This document shows positions 8,010 through 17,346 of a DNA stretch of 43,997 nucleotides, in pieces. Where the stretch lies: the NCBI GenBank assembly GCA_964502485.1, contig CAZCXB010000001.1, positions 1 through 43,997 of the forward strand, written 5' to 3'. The DNA is from an uncultured Muribaculaceae bacterium (lineage in GTDB: Bacteria > Bacteroidota > Bacteroidia > Bacteroidales > UBA932). Every line of letters begins with the position of its first letter. Position 1 is the first letter of the stretch. The position numbers were made by a program, and so were the translations under genes. The notes below the pieces were generated by a model that had not been told where the DNA came from, searched no databases, and worked only from the letters and a program-made list of their open reading frames with translations.

Positions 8010-8035
8010 CGTTTTGTAGGGTATTTGTTAGGGTA

Positions 8036-8434
8036 TTACAATTCAATTTTAAGGCTAATTTCCCGGGCAATTCTTGCCATTGTTGCAGAGTCCGGCCTCT
8101 CTACTCTCCTTCCAAAATCAAGATCGCTCTCACTGTTCATAGGGATAAGGTGAATATGAGCGTGAGGAACCTCAAGCCCAATTACAGCAATTCCCACTCT
8201 TTTACAGGGTATAGCAGATTTGATCCCCTTTGCAACCTCTTTTGCAAAGGCAAAGAGCGACTTATACTCTTCACTCTCCATATCAAATATGTAGTCTATC
8301 TCCTTTTTTGGTATAACGAGTGTGTGACCTGCAGTGACGGGATTTATATCGAGAAAGGCATAGAAGAGCTCACTCTCAGCAATCTTATAAGAGGGAATCT
8401 CTCCCAAAACAATTTTTGTAAATATCGACGCCAT
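8036..8434 (-). CDS. HIT family nucleotide hydrolase
   Basis: SIFTKIVLGEIP, AFLDINP, GHTLVIPK and histidine triad HAHIHLI. ATG 8434 lies just after the greA stop. Confidence 0.93.
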   Translation of the reverse strand: MASIFTKIVLGEIPSYKIAESELFYAFLDINPVTAGHTLVIPKKEIDYIFDMESEEYKSLFAFAKEVAKGIKSAIPCKRVGIAVIGLEVPHAHIHLIPMNSESDLDFGRRVERPDSATMARIAREISLKIEL

Positions 8435-8435
8435 A

Positions 8436-8909
8436 CTACTTGGATATTTCCAGAATCTCAAATTTTAGAAGACCGGAAGGGACTTTCACCTCAACAACAT
8501 TACCCTTCTCCTTGCCAATCAGAGCCCTGCCTATAGGTGTTGCAGCTGCCAGCTTTCCCTCTTTAAGGTTTGCTTCAGTCTCCCCTACAAGGGTATACTC
8601 CACCACAGTGTTATTGGTTAGATTTTTTAATTTTACCTTATTCATGATCTGAACATGGGTAGTGTTGATCCTCGATTCATCTATGATCCTGGCATTTGCT
8701 ATCATCTCCTCAAGCTTTGCGATCTTGAGTTCGAGAAGGCCCTGAGCCTCTTTTGCTGCATCATACTCCGCATTCTCGGAGAGGTCTCCCTTATCTCTTG
8801 CCTCAGCTATCTGCCTTGATATGGCAGTACGTTCCACAGATACCAGATTGTGATGATCTGACTTTAGCTTCTCTAAACCCTCAGCGGTTAAATAATGAAT
8901 TTTTGACAT
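8436..8909 (-). CDS. greA: Transcription elongation factor GreA
   Basis: EARDKGDLSENAEYDAAKE, TPIGRALIGK. Confidence 0.97.
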   Translation of the reverse strand: MSKIHYLTAEGLEKLKSDHHNLVSVERTAISRQIAEARDKGDLSENAEYDAAKEAQGLLELKIAKLEEMIANARIIDESRINTTHVQIMNKVKLKNLTNNTVVEYTLVGETEANLKEGKLAAATPIGRALIGKEKGNVVEVKVPSGLLKFEILEISK

Positions 8910-8920
8910 AATATTGTAAA

Positions 8921-8952
8921 ATTAAAAAGAATCCTGCAGAACAGGACTCTTT
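8921..8952 (-). terminator. Intrinsic terminator-like hairpin + U-tract upstream of greA
   Basis: Minus strand AAAGAGTCCTG-TTCTG-CAGGATTCTTT-TTAAT: an 11-bp stem with one G-U pair, running into a U-rich tail. Confidence 0.6.
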
Positions 8953-8956
8953 GTTA

Positions 8957-8964
8957 CAAAGATA
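8957..8964 (-). promoter_or_regulatory. -7 promoter box for greA
   Basis: TATCTTTG on the minus strand. Confidence 0.65.
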
Positions 8965-8987
8965 AAAAATAAATTTAATATTAAAAA

Positions 8988-9542
8988 TTAATCCTCGAAT
9001 TTTGGCTTAGCAATCTCGGAATAGACAATTAGAAGTGCAGGATCAAATCCTCCCTTAAAAACCCCCTCACTCTTAACACTCTCCTCGTTGTAATCGTGGT
9101 CTGCAATCTCGGAGCTATCGTAGATGTCACGCTGAACATTCTCTAAATCTTTATCCATCCCCTCTTCTATCTTAAGATTCCTGATCTCAAGGTTTGTCAT
9201 AATACGGCCACTCTCTCCGGAGTAAGATCCACTTCCGGGAAAACTTTCAGTTATCTTTGCCCTCTCTATCTCTACCTTAGGCTCTACAGGTTTAAGAGAT
9301 GCATAGGGGCTCTCATCCTCCAAATCGTACTCCTGCTCCTGGTATTCGTCCTCCTCTCTCTCTCTTAACATATCGGCAAAAAGCGCTGATATACCAGAAT
9401 TTAAAGGAGGCGAAGAGGATCCTGTAGGAGAGGCTCCCCCCTCCTTCTCTCTCTTTGCCATCTCCTTTTTCTTCTTCTCGTTAAAAACCTGATAAGCCAT
9501 AATGGCTATTGCAATGAGAATTGATATAACAGTTGAATCCAT
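8988..9542 (-). CDS. Hypothetical single-pass membrane protein with acidic low-complexity cytoplasmic region
   Basis: N-terminal TM segment followed by KKKK, a D/E-rich body and C-terminal LIVYSEIAKPKF; co-oriented with ribF. Confidence 0.75.
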   Translation of the reverse strand: MDSTVISILIAIAIMAYQVFNEKKKKEMAKREKEGGASPTGSSSPPLNSGISALFADMLREREEDEYQEQEYDLEDESPYASLKPVEPKVEIERAKITESFPGSGSYSGESGRIMTNLEIRNLKIEEGMDKDLENVQRDIYDSSEIADHDYNEESVKSEGVFKGGFDPALLIVYSEIAKPKFED

Positions 9543-9562
9543 AATATTATGGGTTTAATAAA

Positions 9563-10483
9563 CTAACGAAGCTGCTCTGACTTAGAGAGAAGAATATCGC
9601 TTGCATTTTGGCGATCTCTCTCAAGTTGAAGTTTAAGCTCATGTAAAGATGCAAATTTTTGTTCATCCCGCAATCTCTTTACAAACTCTATTTTAAATGA
9701 GAGACCGTAAATATCCTCATCAAAGCCCAGAATATGTGTCTCGATTGTCCGCTCATTCATATGTGAGATAGTAGGCCTTGTTCCGATATTTGTGATCCCT
9801 CTGTAACACCTGCCAAGACTCTCTGCCCACACTGCATAGACCCCATCTGCCGGAAGAATCTTCAGAGGCTCGTATAGCATTATGTTTGCAGTAGGGAAGC
9901 CTATGGTTCGTCCAATTCTTTGACCCTCAACAACGACACCTTCAAGACCGTAACGGTAACCTAACATATCGTTCGCACACTCGATCTCCCCTTTGAAAAG
10001 AGACTCCCTAATCTTTGTAGAGCTGATTATTACCGGAGTATCTGCCTCTCCGGTGAGGTATTCATCTACACGAACAGGCTTTATACCTACTCTTCTCGCA
10101 ACTTCAAACATCTCTGCCTGAGATTGATTCAGATCACTTCCTACCCTATGGTCGTAGCCGGCAACAAAGGTGGTGACACCAAACCTCTCTACAAGATAGT
10201 CCCTAAAGAACTCCTCTGTTGTGAGTCTTGAGAACTCTCTGTCAAATGTTATAGTATGGACTGTGTCAATACCAATAGAGTTTAGCAATTTTCTCTTCTC
10301 TTCTAACGAGTTAAGAAGGCGAAATTTGGCTGCGTCCTGTTGAAGTACAGCTCTCGGGTGGGGCCAGAATGTAATAACAGCAGAGCTGCCCCCCTGCTCC
10401 CGGGCAAGAGAACAGACTCTGTCCAGCACCGCTCGGTGCCCTCTGTGTACACCATCAAAAAAACCTGTGCTTGCTATAACCAT
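9563..10483 (-). CDS. ribF: Bifunctional riboflavin kinase / FAD synthetase
   Basis: GFFDGVHRGH, GYDH, ISSTKIR, GRTIGFPTAN, NIGTRPT, ETHI. Confidence 0.96.
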   Translation of the reverse strand: MVIASTGFFDGVHRGHRAVLDRVCSLAREQGGSSAVITFWPHPRAVLQQDAAKFRLLNSLEEKRKLLNSIGIDTVHTITFDREFSRLTTEEFFRDYLVERFGVTTFVAGYDHRVGSDLNQSQAEMFEVARRVGIKPVRVDEYLTGEADTPVIISSTKIRESLFKGEIECANDMLGYRYGLEGVVVEGQRIGRTIGFPTANIMLYEPLKILPADGVYAVWAESLGRCYRGITNIGTRPTISHMNERTIETHILGFDEDIYGLSFKIEFVKRLRDEQKFASLHELKLQLERDRQNASDILLSKSEQLR

Positions 10484-10494
10484 TACACACTATG

Positions 10495-13400
10495 CTATAA
10501 CCATTTTACCAGATCAAAATCCTGACGATGAGGCAGTCCGGGATTTTTAGCATAAACTCTTCCTGCCAATGAGAAGACCCCGGCAGTATCTGCCAGAATA
10601 GTACATCTATACTTGGCAATCCCAGAATCATATCCTACAAAATCGAACTCGATAACCCTTTTAATATGAGGATTACCCTCAGTACCATTCTCAGCCACCA
10701 GCATCTCTACTCCAATATCTTCGAAAGAGAGATCTCCGATGGAGAGTGAGACCTCTGCCATATACTCCTCGCCTAAATTTATATCAGAAACGGAGCTGTC
10801 AGGTTTATTGTAACTGACAACCTCAATAAACGGCCACTCATTCCTTACCCTCTTTTTCCATACAGCCATCTCTCTTGCAAGTGCATAATCATCCTTAATC
10901 ATCTCTGCATGTCTATCTTTAAGTTTGTTGTAGAAACGATCAATATAGTCGGACATCATTCTGTTGGTAGTGAAGTTGCCGGCAACCTTTGCAATTGTAT
11001 TCTTAATTGTCTTTATCCAACCCTCAGGAAGAAGGGATTTGCTGCTTACATTATAATATAGAGGGACTATCTCATTTTCAAGAATATTGTATATTGTTGC
11101 TGCATCAAGTTCATTCTGGAAATCCTGGTCTTCGTATGATCTCTCTATAGGTAGTGCCCATCCGGCACCCTCCTGATAGCCCTCTACCCACCATCCGTCA
11201 AGAACCGAGAAGTGCATCACACCATTCATTACCGCCTTCTCTCCGCTTGTTCCGGATGCCTCGAGAGGTCTCGTTGGTGTATTCATCCAAATATCAACCC
11301 CCTGAACCATATATTTTGCAAGAGTCATATCGTAGCCGGGCAGAAAAACAACCTTGCCAATAAACTGAGGCATCAGTGATATCTCAACTATTCTACGAAT
11401 AAGATCTTGTCCTGCTTTATCTGCCGGGTGCGCCTTACCTGCAAAAAAGAGCTGAACGGGCCGCTCCGGATTATTAAGGATCTTGTCAAGCCGCTCAATG
11501 TCGCGAAAAATAAGATGAGCACGTTTATAAGTGGCAAACCTTCTGGCAAATCCAATGGTTAGTACATCATCCCTTAACGACTCCTTGATCTTCACAATCT
11601 GCTGAGGCGAGTAGTGCTCTGTAGATAACGGGATGGATAATGACTCTTTTATCACCTTTATTAGCCTGCTTTTCAACTTGTTTCGCGTATTCCAAACAGT
11701 ACTGTCATCCACATTATAGATACCCTCAAAACAACTCTTATCGTAATGGTGACTACAGAATGCATCTCCAAAAACTTTTGAATGAATCTCCTTCCACTCC
11801 GGGGCTGTCCAGGTAGGGTAGTGAACTCCGTTTGTTACATAGCTTACATGCAGCTCCTCCGGAAGATATCCGGGCCAAAGTGGAGATAGTATCTCTCTGC
11901 TAACCTTACCGTGAAGCCAACTGACTCCGTTTACCTCTTGAGATAGATTTGCAGCCACATTACTCATGGAGAACTTCTCTTCCGGATTTGACGGGTCATT
12001 TTTACCAAGAGACATCATTGTCTCCCAGCTGATGTTCATTCTCTCCGGGTAGTGCGAGAAGTATCCCCTTAGGATATCTTCACTAAAAGCATCATGGCCT
12101 GCCGGAACCGGTGTATGAGTAGTATAGAGTGAAGAGGATCTGACAACCTCGACAGCCTCCGGAAATGTAAGATTGTGGTTTGTTACAAACTCCCTCAATC
12201 TCTCCAAACCAATAAATGCAGCATGCCCCTCATTGAGGTGATAAACATCTGCTTCTACTTTCAAAGCTCGTAATGCCCTTACACCCCCAATGCCAAGCAG
12301 CATCTCCTGTTTAAGACGATTCTCCCAGTCTCCGCCATAAAGATGGTGTGTTACAGCTCTGTCTTCCGGCAAGTTATCTTCATGATCGGTATCCAGTAGA
12401 ATTAGCTCTGTTCTTCCCACATCAACCCTCCACAGACGTGCAGTCATCTTTCTTCCCGGCAGCGCAACAACCACTGTAACCCACTTACCGTTTTCGTCTC
12501 TTATAGGATTGACAGGAATTCCTGCAAAATCCTGAGGTTCGTAGCAGGAGATCTGATCTCCGTGAGCAGATATTCTCTGTGTAAAATAGCCGTATCTATA
12601 GAGCAGACCTACAGCAGTCAAAGGGACCATCATATCGCTCGCCTCCTTCAAATAGTCCCCGGCAAGCACTCCAAGCCCCCCCGAATATATCTTAAGTGAC
12701 TTATCGAGGCCGAACTCCATACTGAAGTAAGCAATTTTTGCACCCTGTCTCTCCTCTTTAAAAGAGATATATTTTGCAAAATTCTCATAAACAGCATCAA
12801 GCTTGCTCAAAAAAAGATTATCTCTCTCAAGTTCACGACATCTTTGTAGCGAGAGCATCTCTAACATACGTACCGGATTCTCCTCGCAGGAGCTCCATAG
12901 ATTACTGTCCACCATTGCGAAAAGCTCTGTAGCCTCACTATTCCAGCACCACCAAAGATTCCTCGAGATTGCGTCGAGATGTGCCAACCTATCGGGTAGT
13001 CGCTTATTAATAAATACTTTATTCCAGTTAGGCTTACTTACAAGGCTCTTATTGTATGTTACATGATCTCTCTCCTCAACACTCACAGGAAATGCCCCCT
13101 TTGAGATTACAACCCTGCCAATTGCAAGTGAGTATGCCTCCTTGTAGTATTGTATCAGGTTCTCCCATAGAGCTATCCGTGACAACTCCCTCGATCTTAA
13201 TCTGACACTCTTTCTCCTATCCTTTGTCAATTGTGAAATCCCAATAATCTTTTTCACGAGTGTATCAGCAACTTCACTGTAGTTGTCATCTCCCCTTTTG
13301 ATAATCTCTATAGCATCTTCTCTCTCACTCTCTGTTGTGTGGTCCCTAACCCATAGCCCGAAACCGGCTAGAGTTGTTGTGATAGTGGGAACACCAAATG

Positions 13401-14739
13401 CAAGACTCTCAAGCGGAGTATAGCCCCAAGGTTCATAGTAAGAGGGGAAAACGGTAAGATCGAGTCCGCATAACAGTTCATAGTATGTCATATTGAAAAC
13501 CCCATCATTACCGTTGAGATATGAAGGAACAAAGAGAACCTTTACCTTGTCACTCTCTCTGTTTAGCAAGTTCAGTTCATTAACTCTTCTTAGTATCGGA
13601 TCCCATTGAGGCTCTGTAAAAGTATGGGTGTGGTTAACTTTGTATGACCCCTCACCGGAGAGTCGGTTTAAAAGCTCTTTATCCGGACCGGTATGGCCTG
13701 CAGGTACAAAGATCCATGCAATAATATCTCTATCTAAATCGGCAGAGTTATTAAGAGCAGCAAGAGCATCAAGATAGATATCAATACCCTTGTTTTTATA
13801 TTCGTAGCGACCGCTGATTCCAATCATTAAAGCATCCTCCGGGACACTGAATCCGGTCATTGCCGATGCAACTTCGCTCATCTTATCGACAGCACTCCGG
13901 GAGCAAACTTTAAACTCACTATCTCCGGGCGTAAAGGTGTTTTCAAACCCGTTTGGAGTTACCACATCCACAACTCTTCCCAGAAAATGGCTGCACTCTC
14001 TTGCAGTGATGTCGGATACTGTGGTAAATACATCTGCTTCGGTTGCAGCAATCTTCTCGAGAGAGTGCTTTGAAGAGACATTGAACTCCCTCGCCTTCTC
14101 CTCTGCATTAAAGTGATTCATATGGTCGTACAGAGGGATAGAGTTACCGGCAATTGCCCTTCCTGTAACTGTTGCATGAGTTGTAAAAACAGTAGCAACA
14201 GGAAGATCGGTGCTCTTTAGATAGAGAACTCCGGCGCCTGTCATCCATTCATGAAACTGAGCAACAGCCTTGTGATGTGGAGCAAGATTGAATTTAACAT
14301 AACTCTCTATAACTTTACCTGTTGCATAGCCGAAAAGAGTACTCTCTATATAGTCCCAGTGCCCCATAATGGAGTCAAGCTTATATCTGTTCCAGAATTG
14401 AGTAAATATCTCATCTTTCTTTGGGATAAACGTACTGAAATCGACAAGGATTACAATAGGTTTGCCGGATACATTCCACCTGCCGGCACGAATCCTCAGA
14501 CCCTCATCTGCGGCCTTTACTCTCCAGGCTCGTAAAAGGTTAGGATCTTCCAGAAACTCCGGGTTATTCTCTGTCTCTCTCCAGACATCGGGACCTATAA
14601 GTATGTGGTTATTTTCAAACTCCTTGGAAAGGTTTAATGCCTTAGTGGCAATCACTGTATGTATCCCTCCTACCTTATTACAAACCTCCCAGCTCACCTC
14701 AAAAATGTAATCGGGTGATACAAGCTTCTTATCTGACAT
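10495..14739 (-). CDS. Fused GT3 glycogen synthase + GT35 alpha-glucan phosphorylase
   Basis: N-half: EVSWEVCNKVGGIHTV, GRYEYKNKG, PSYYEPWGYTPLE. C-half: YFSMEFG, YSGGLGVLAGD, HLNEGH, TNGVH, GFARRFATYKR, EASGTSGEK (PLP lysine). Confidence 0.95.
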   Translation of the reverse strand: MSDKKLVSPDYIFEVSWEVCNKVGGIHTVIATKALNLSKEFENNHILIGPDVWRETENNPEFLEDPNLLRAWRVKAADEGLRIRAGRWNVSGKPIVILVDFSTFIPKKDEIFTQFWNRYKLDSIMGHWDYIESTLFGYATGKVIESYVKFNLAPHHKAVAQFHEWMTGAGVLYLKSTDLPVATVFTTHATVTGRAIAGNSIPLYDHMNHFNAEEKAREFNVSSKHSLEKIAATEADVFTTVSDITARECSHFLGRVVDVVTPNGFENTFTPGDSEFKVCSRSAVDKMSEVASAMTGFSVPEDALMIGISGRYEYKNKGIDIYLDALAALNNSADLDRDIIAWIFVPAGHTGPDKELLNRLSGEGSYKVNHTHTFTEPQWDPILRRVNELNLLNRESDKVKVLFVPSYLNGNDGVFNMTYYELLCGLDLTVFPSYYEPWGYTPLESLAFGVPTITTTLAGFGLWVRDHTTESEREDAIEIIKRGDDNYSEVADTLVKKIIGISQLTKDRRKSVRLRSRELSRIALWENLIQYYKEAYSLAIGRVVISKGAFPVSVEERDHVTYNKSLVSKPNWNKVFINKRLPDRLAHLDAISRNLWWCWNSEATELFAMVDSNLWSSCEENPVRMLEMLSLQRCRELERDNLFLSKLDAVYENFAKYISFKEERQGAKIAYFSMEFGLDKSLKIYSGGLGVLAGDYLKEASDMMVPLTAVGLLYRYGYFTQRISAHGDQISCYEPQDFAGIPVNPIRDENGKWVTVVVALPGRKMTARLWRVDVGRTELILLDTDHEDNLPEDRAVTHHLYGGDWENRLKQEMLLGIGGVRALRALKVEADVYHLNEGHAAFIGLERLREFVTNHNLTFPEAVEVVRSSSLYTTHTPVPAGHDAFSEDILRGYFSHYPERMNISWETMMSLGKNDPSNPEEKFSMSNVAANLSQEVNGVSWLHGKVSREILSPLWPGYLPEELHVSYVTNGVHYPTWTAPEWKEIHSKVFGDAFCSHHYDKSCFEGIYNVDDSTVWNTRNKLKSRLIKVIKESLSIPLSTEHYSPQQIVKIKESLRDDVLTIGFARRFATYKRAHLIFRDIERLDKILNNPERPVQLFFAGKAHPADKAGQDLIRRIVEISLMPQFIGKVVFLPGYDMTLAKYMVQGVDIWMNTPTRPLEASGTSGEKAVMNGVMHFSVLDGWWVEGYQEGAGWALPIERSYEDQDFQNELDAATIYNILENEIVPLYYNVSSKSLLPEGWIKTIKNTIAKVAGNFTTNRMMSDYIDRFYNKLKDRHAEMIKDDYALAREMAVWKKRVRNEWPFIEVVSYNKPDSSVSDINLGEEYMAEVSLSIGDLSFEDIGVEMLVAENGTEGNPHIKRVIEFDFVGYDSGIAKYRCTILADTAGVFSLAGRVYAKNPGLPHRQDFDLVKWL

Positions 14740-14762
14740 TATGTTATTATATTATTAATAAA

Positions 14763-16049
14763 TTACTTATTCTTTTTAACTGTGGGTTTTGCCCTCTTTT
14801 TTTTGCCTTCCGGCTTCTCTACCTGTGCAAGAATTGTTCCAACACTCTCTTTAGTATTTGCAGATGCCCTCTCTACTCTTAGAATAAAGTCACTCACAAC
14901 ATTCATATAGTTGATAAATGCCTCATATGGAGTATCGTAAGGATTAAAGTATGAGTGAACAGCACCATCCGAGAAGAACTTGGTACACATATAGTAAAAG
15001 TGGTCGCTCTCCTGCAGACGACGAAAATCCCTCAAAAGATTTGGATCATCTATCTCTTTTACCTTTTGTTCTACAGAGTATATTTTATTAAATGCTTCAT
15101 TCTGAAGCTCATTACCAAGCCATGCACTGGTATCTCTCTCCTCATCTGCCCAAGATATCGGGAACGGAACGTGAAGAGGGGCAACCGGCTGATGGTTTTT
15201 GCAGACACCTGACGGAGTATCAAACTTAAAGTTGGTCCCTGATAAAATTGACTCCGGAAGATATCTCATAAACTCAAATATTCCTGTAGCAGCACTCTGA
15301 TGCTCCCCAAAGGTCTCATAGTCCATAAAGAGGTTGACAATATCGTCCTTGGCAAGAGTATCGGATATCCATGTTAGATACTTCTCTGTGGTAAGTGGCC
15401 AGTCAGACCAGCTTCTGTCCGAGAAACGGAAAGCTATATCGTCACTAAGATTAAAATTCTTAAGGAGTAGTTTAAGCCTTGGATTTATTGCATTTGTATA
15501 TAGGTAGTTAGGACTTTTCCAACCAAGGATATGCTTTGCACCCTCTGTCAACATTGCCTTAAACCCCATATCTGCAACCATTGTCCCGATCACATCACTG
15601 TATATCAACTCTGTATTACGAAACACAACAGGTTTAACCCCAAAGAGCGACTCAATCTTCTGAGAGTGGTCATGGACCTGAGATTTAAACTCCTCCGGGG
15701 AGATAAGTGAGGAGAGGGAGTGAGAACAGCTCTCCGCCAAAAACTCCACACATCCCGTCCGGGCCAACTCTCTGAAAGTGTCGGTTACCTCAGGGGCAAA
15801 GCGCTCAAACTGATCGAGAGCAACTCCGGAAATAGAGTAAGCAATTTTGAAAGAGCCGTTATATTTACGAATCAGCTCTAACATAAGACGGTTTGCGGGC
15901 AGGTAGCACCTCTCAGCTACCCTTCTCAATATAGTCTTGTTGGCAAAATCGTCGTAATAGTTGCTGTCCCTTCCTATATCAAAAAAACGGTATAGACGTA
16001 GTCTGTCCGGCTGATGGACCTGAAAGTATAGGCAAATTGTCTTTTCCAT
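14763..16049 (-). CDS. Glycoside hydrolase family 57 (alpha-amylase type)
   Basis: HQP, FRNTELIY (nucleophile E), FMDYETFGEH (acid/base D), SWADEERD, SDHFYYM. Confidence 0.93.
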   Translation of the reverse strand: MEKTICLYFQVHQPDRLRLYRFFDIGRDSNYYDDFANKTILRRVAERCYLPANRLMLELIRKYNGSFKIAYSISGVALDQFERFAPEVTDTFRELARTGCVEFLAESCSHSLSSLISPEEFKSQVHDHSQKIESLFGVKPVVFRNTELIYSDVIGTMVADMGFKAMLTEGAKHILGWKSPNYLYTNAINPRLKLLLKNFNLSDDIAFRFSDRSWSDWPLTTEKYLTWISDTLAKDDIVNLFMDYETFGEHQSAATGIFEFMRYLPESILSGTNFKFDTPSGVCKNHQPVAPLHVPFPISWADEERDTSAWLGNELQNEAFNKIYSVEQKVKEIDDPNLLRDFRRLQESDHFYYMCTKFFSDGAVHSYFNPYDTPYEAFINYMNVVSDFILRVERASANTKESVGTILAQVEKPEGKKKRAKPTVKKNK

Positions 16050-16062
16050 ATTCTCTGTTTTA

Positions 16063-17346
16063 TTATTTTCTAATTACCGATGAGTAGATATCTTTTATTC
16101 TGTAAGCTGCTGCATCCCATTTTAGGGCGTTAACTTCGTTAAGTCCGCTTTTAACGGCCATGGATGAGAGTGATGGATATGAGAGGAGAGCGTAAATTGC
16201 ATCCGCCATTGCATCTATATCCCAAAAATCGACCTTAATTGCGTGCTTTAGAACCTCTGCAACTCCGCTCTGTTTAGAGATTATTGTAGGAACATTTGCT
16301 CTCATTGCCTCAAGCGGCGATATCCCAAAAGGTTCTGAAACAGAAGGCATTACATAAACATCGGAGTAGGCAAACATCTGTTTAACCTCACCACCTCTGA
16401 GAAATCCGGTAAAATGGAATCTGTCAGATATCCCCAGCTTTGCTACGCGTCTGATACATCTGTTAAGAAGGTCTCCGTTTCCTGCCATAACAAATCTGAC
16501 ATTAGGATATCTTTTGATAACCTTATTTGCTGCCTCAATAAAATATTCAGGTCCTTTTTGATATGTTATTCTTCCTAAAAAAGTTACAATTTTTTCCGGC
16601 ACCCCTCTCTCTATCTCGAGATGTTTGAAACCCTGAAAATCAACAGCATTATGAACAGTTATAACCTTATCGGGATGGATTCCATATTTATTTATAACAA
16701 TATTGCGGGTAAGATGGCTTACGGCAATAACTCTGTCTGCCTCCCGCATCCCCATCTTCTCAATATCGTACACCTCTGTATTTATATTGATTCCGCTTCT
16801 GTCGAACTCTGTTGCATGCATATGAACCACAAGCGGCTTACCACTTACCCTCTTTGCGGCAATACCTGCAAGATAGGTTAGCCAGTCATGGGCATGAATA
16901 ACATCAAAATCATATCTGAGAGCAATCTCTCCGGCAACCAATGCGTACCTTACAACCTCCTCCATCAGATCTTTGCCGTAACTGCCGGAAAAGGTGTATT
17001 TCTGACCTAACCCGAGTTTAAAATCCTCTATCTGACCCTCCTGAAGATTGGAGAGCATCTCCGAGAAGAGGACAGGATCCATATATGGTATAAGGTTAGA
17101 GCCGATTCTGATAAACTCTACCTTTTCAAGAAAATCCCTTACATTCCTGCAACTCTCCGAGACCTCTACATCACTTGCATTGATTATTTCGGCAGCACTC
17201 TTATCCTCATCTCCTGTTGCGGAAGGCATTACAAAGAGCACTTTAACATCATTGTTAGTAAGTCCTTTAGTCAGTCCGTAACAGGCTGTACCTAAACCAC
17301 CGGAAATATGCGGGGGAAACTCCCATCCAAACATCAATACCTTCAT
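16063..17346 (-). CDS. Glycosyltransferase family 4 (glycogen cluster)
   Basis: GWEFPPHISGGLG, HAHDW, GRITYQKG, PSVSEPFGISPLEA. Confidence 0.93.
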   Translation of the reverse strand: MKVLMFGWEFPPHISGGLGTACYGLTKGLTNNDVKVLFVMPSATGDEDKSAAEIINASDVEVSESCRNVRDFLEKVEFIRIGSNLIPYMDPVLFSEMLSNLQEGQIEDFKLGLGQKYTFSGSYGKDLMEEVVRYALVAGEIALRYDFDVIHAHDWLTYLAGIAAKRVSGKPLVVHMHATEFDRSGININTEVYDIEKMGMREADRVIAVSHLTRNIVINKYGIHPDKVITVHNAVDFQGFKHLEIERGVPEKIVTFLGRITYQKGPEYFIEAANKVIKRYPNVRFVMAGNGDLLNRCIRRVAKLGISDRFHFTGFLRGGEVKQMFAYSDVYVMPSVSEPFGISPLEAMRANVPTIISKQSGVAEVLKHAIKVDFWDIDAMADAIYALLSYPSLSSMAVKSGLNEVNALKWDAAAYRIKDIYSSVIRK

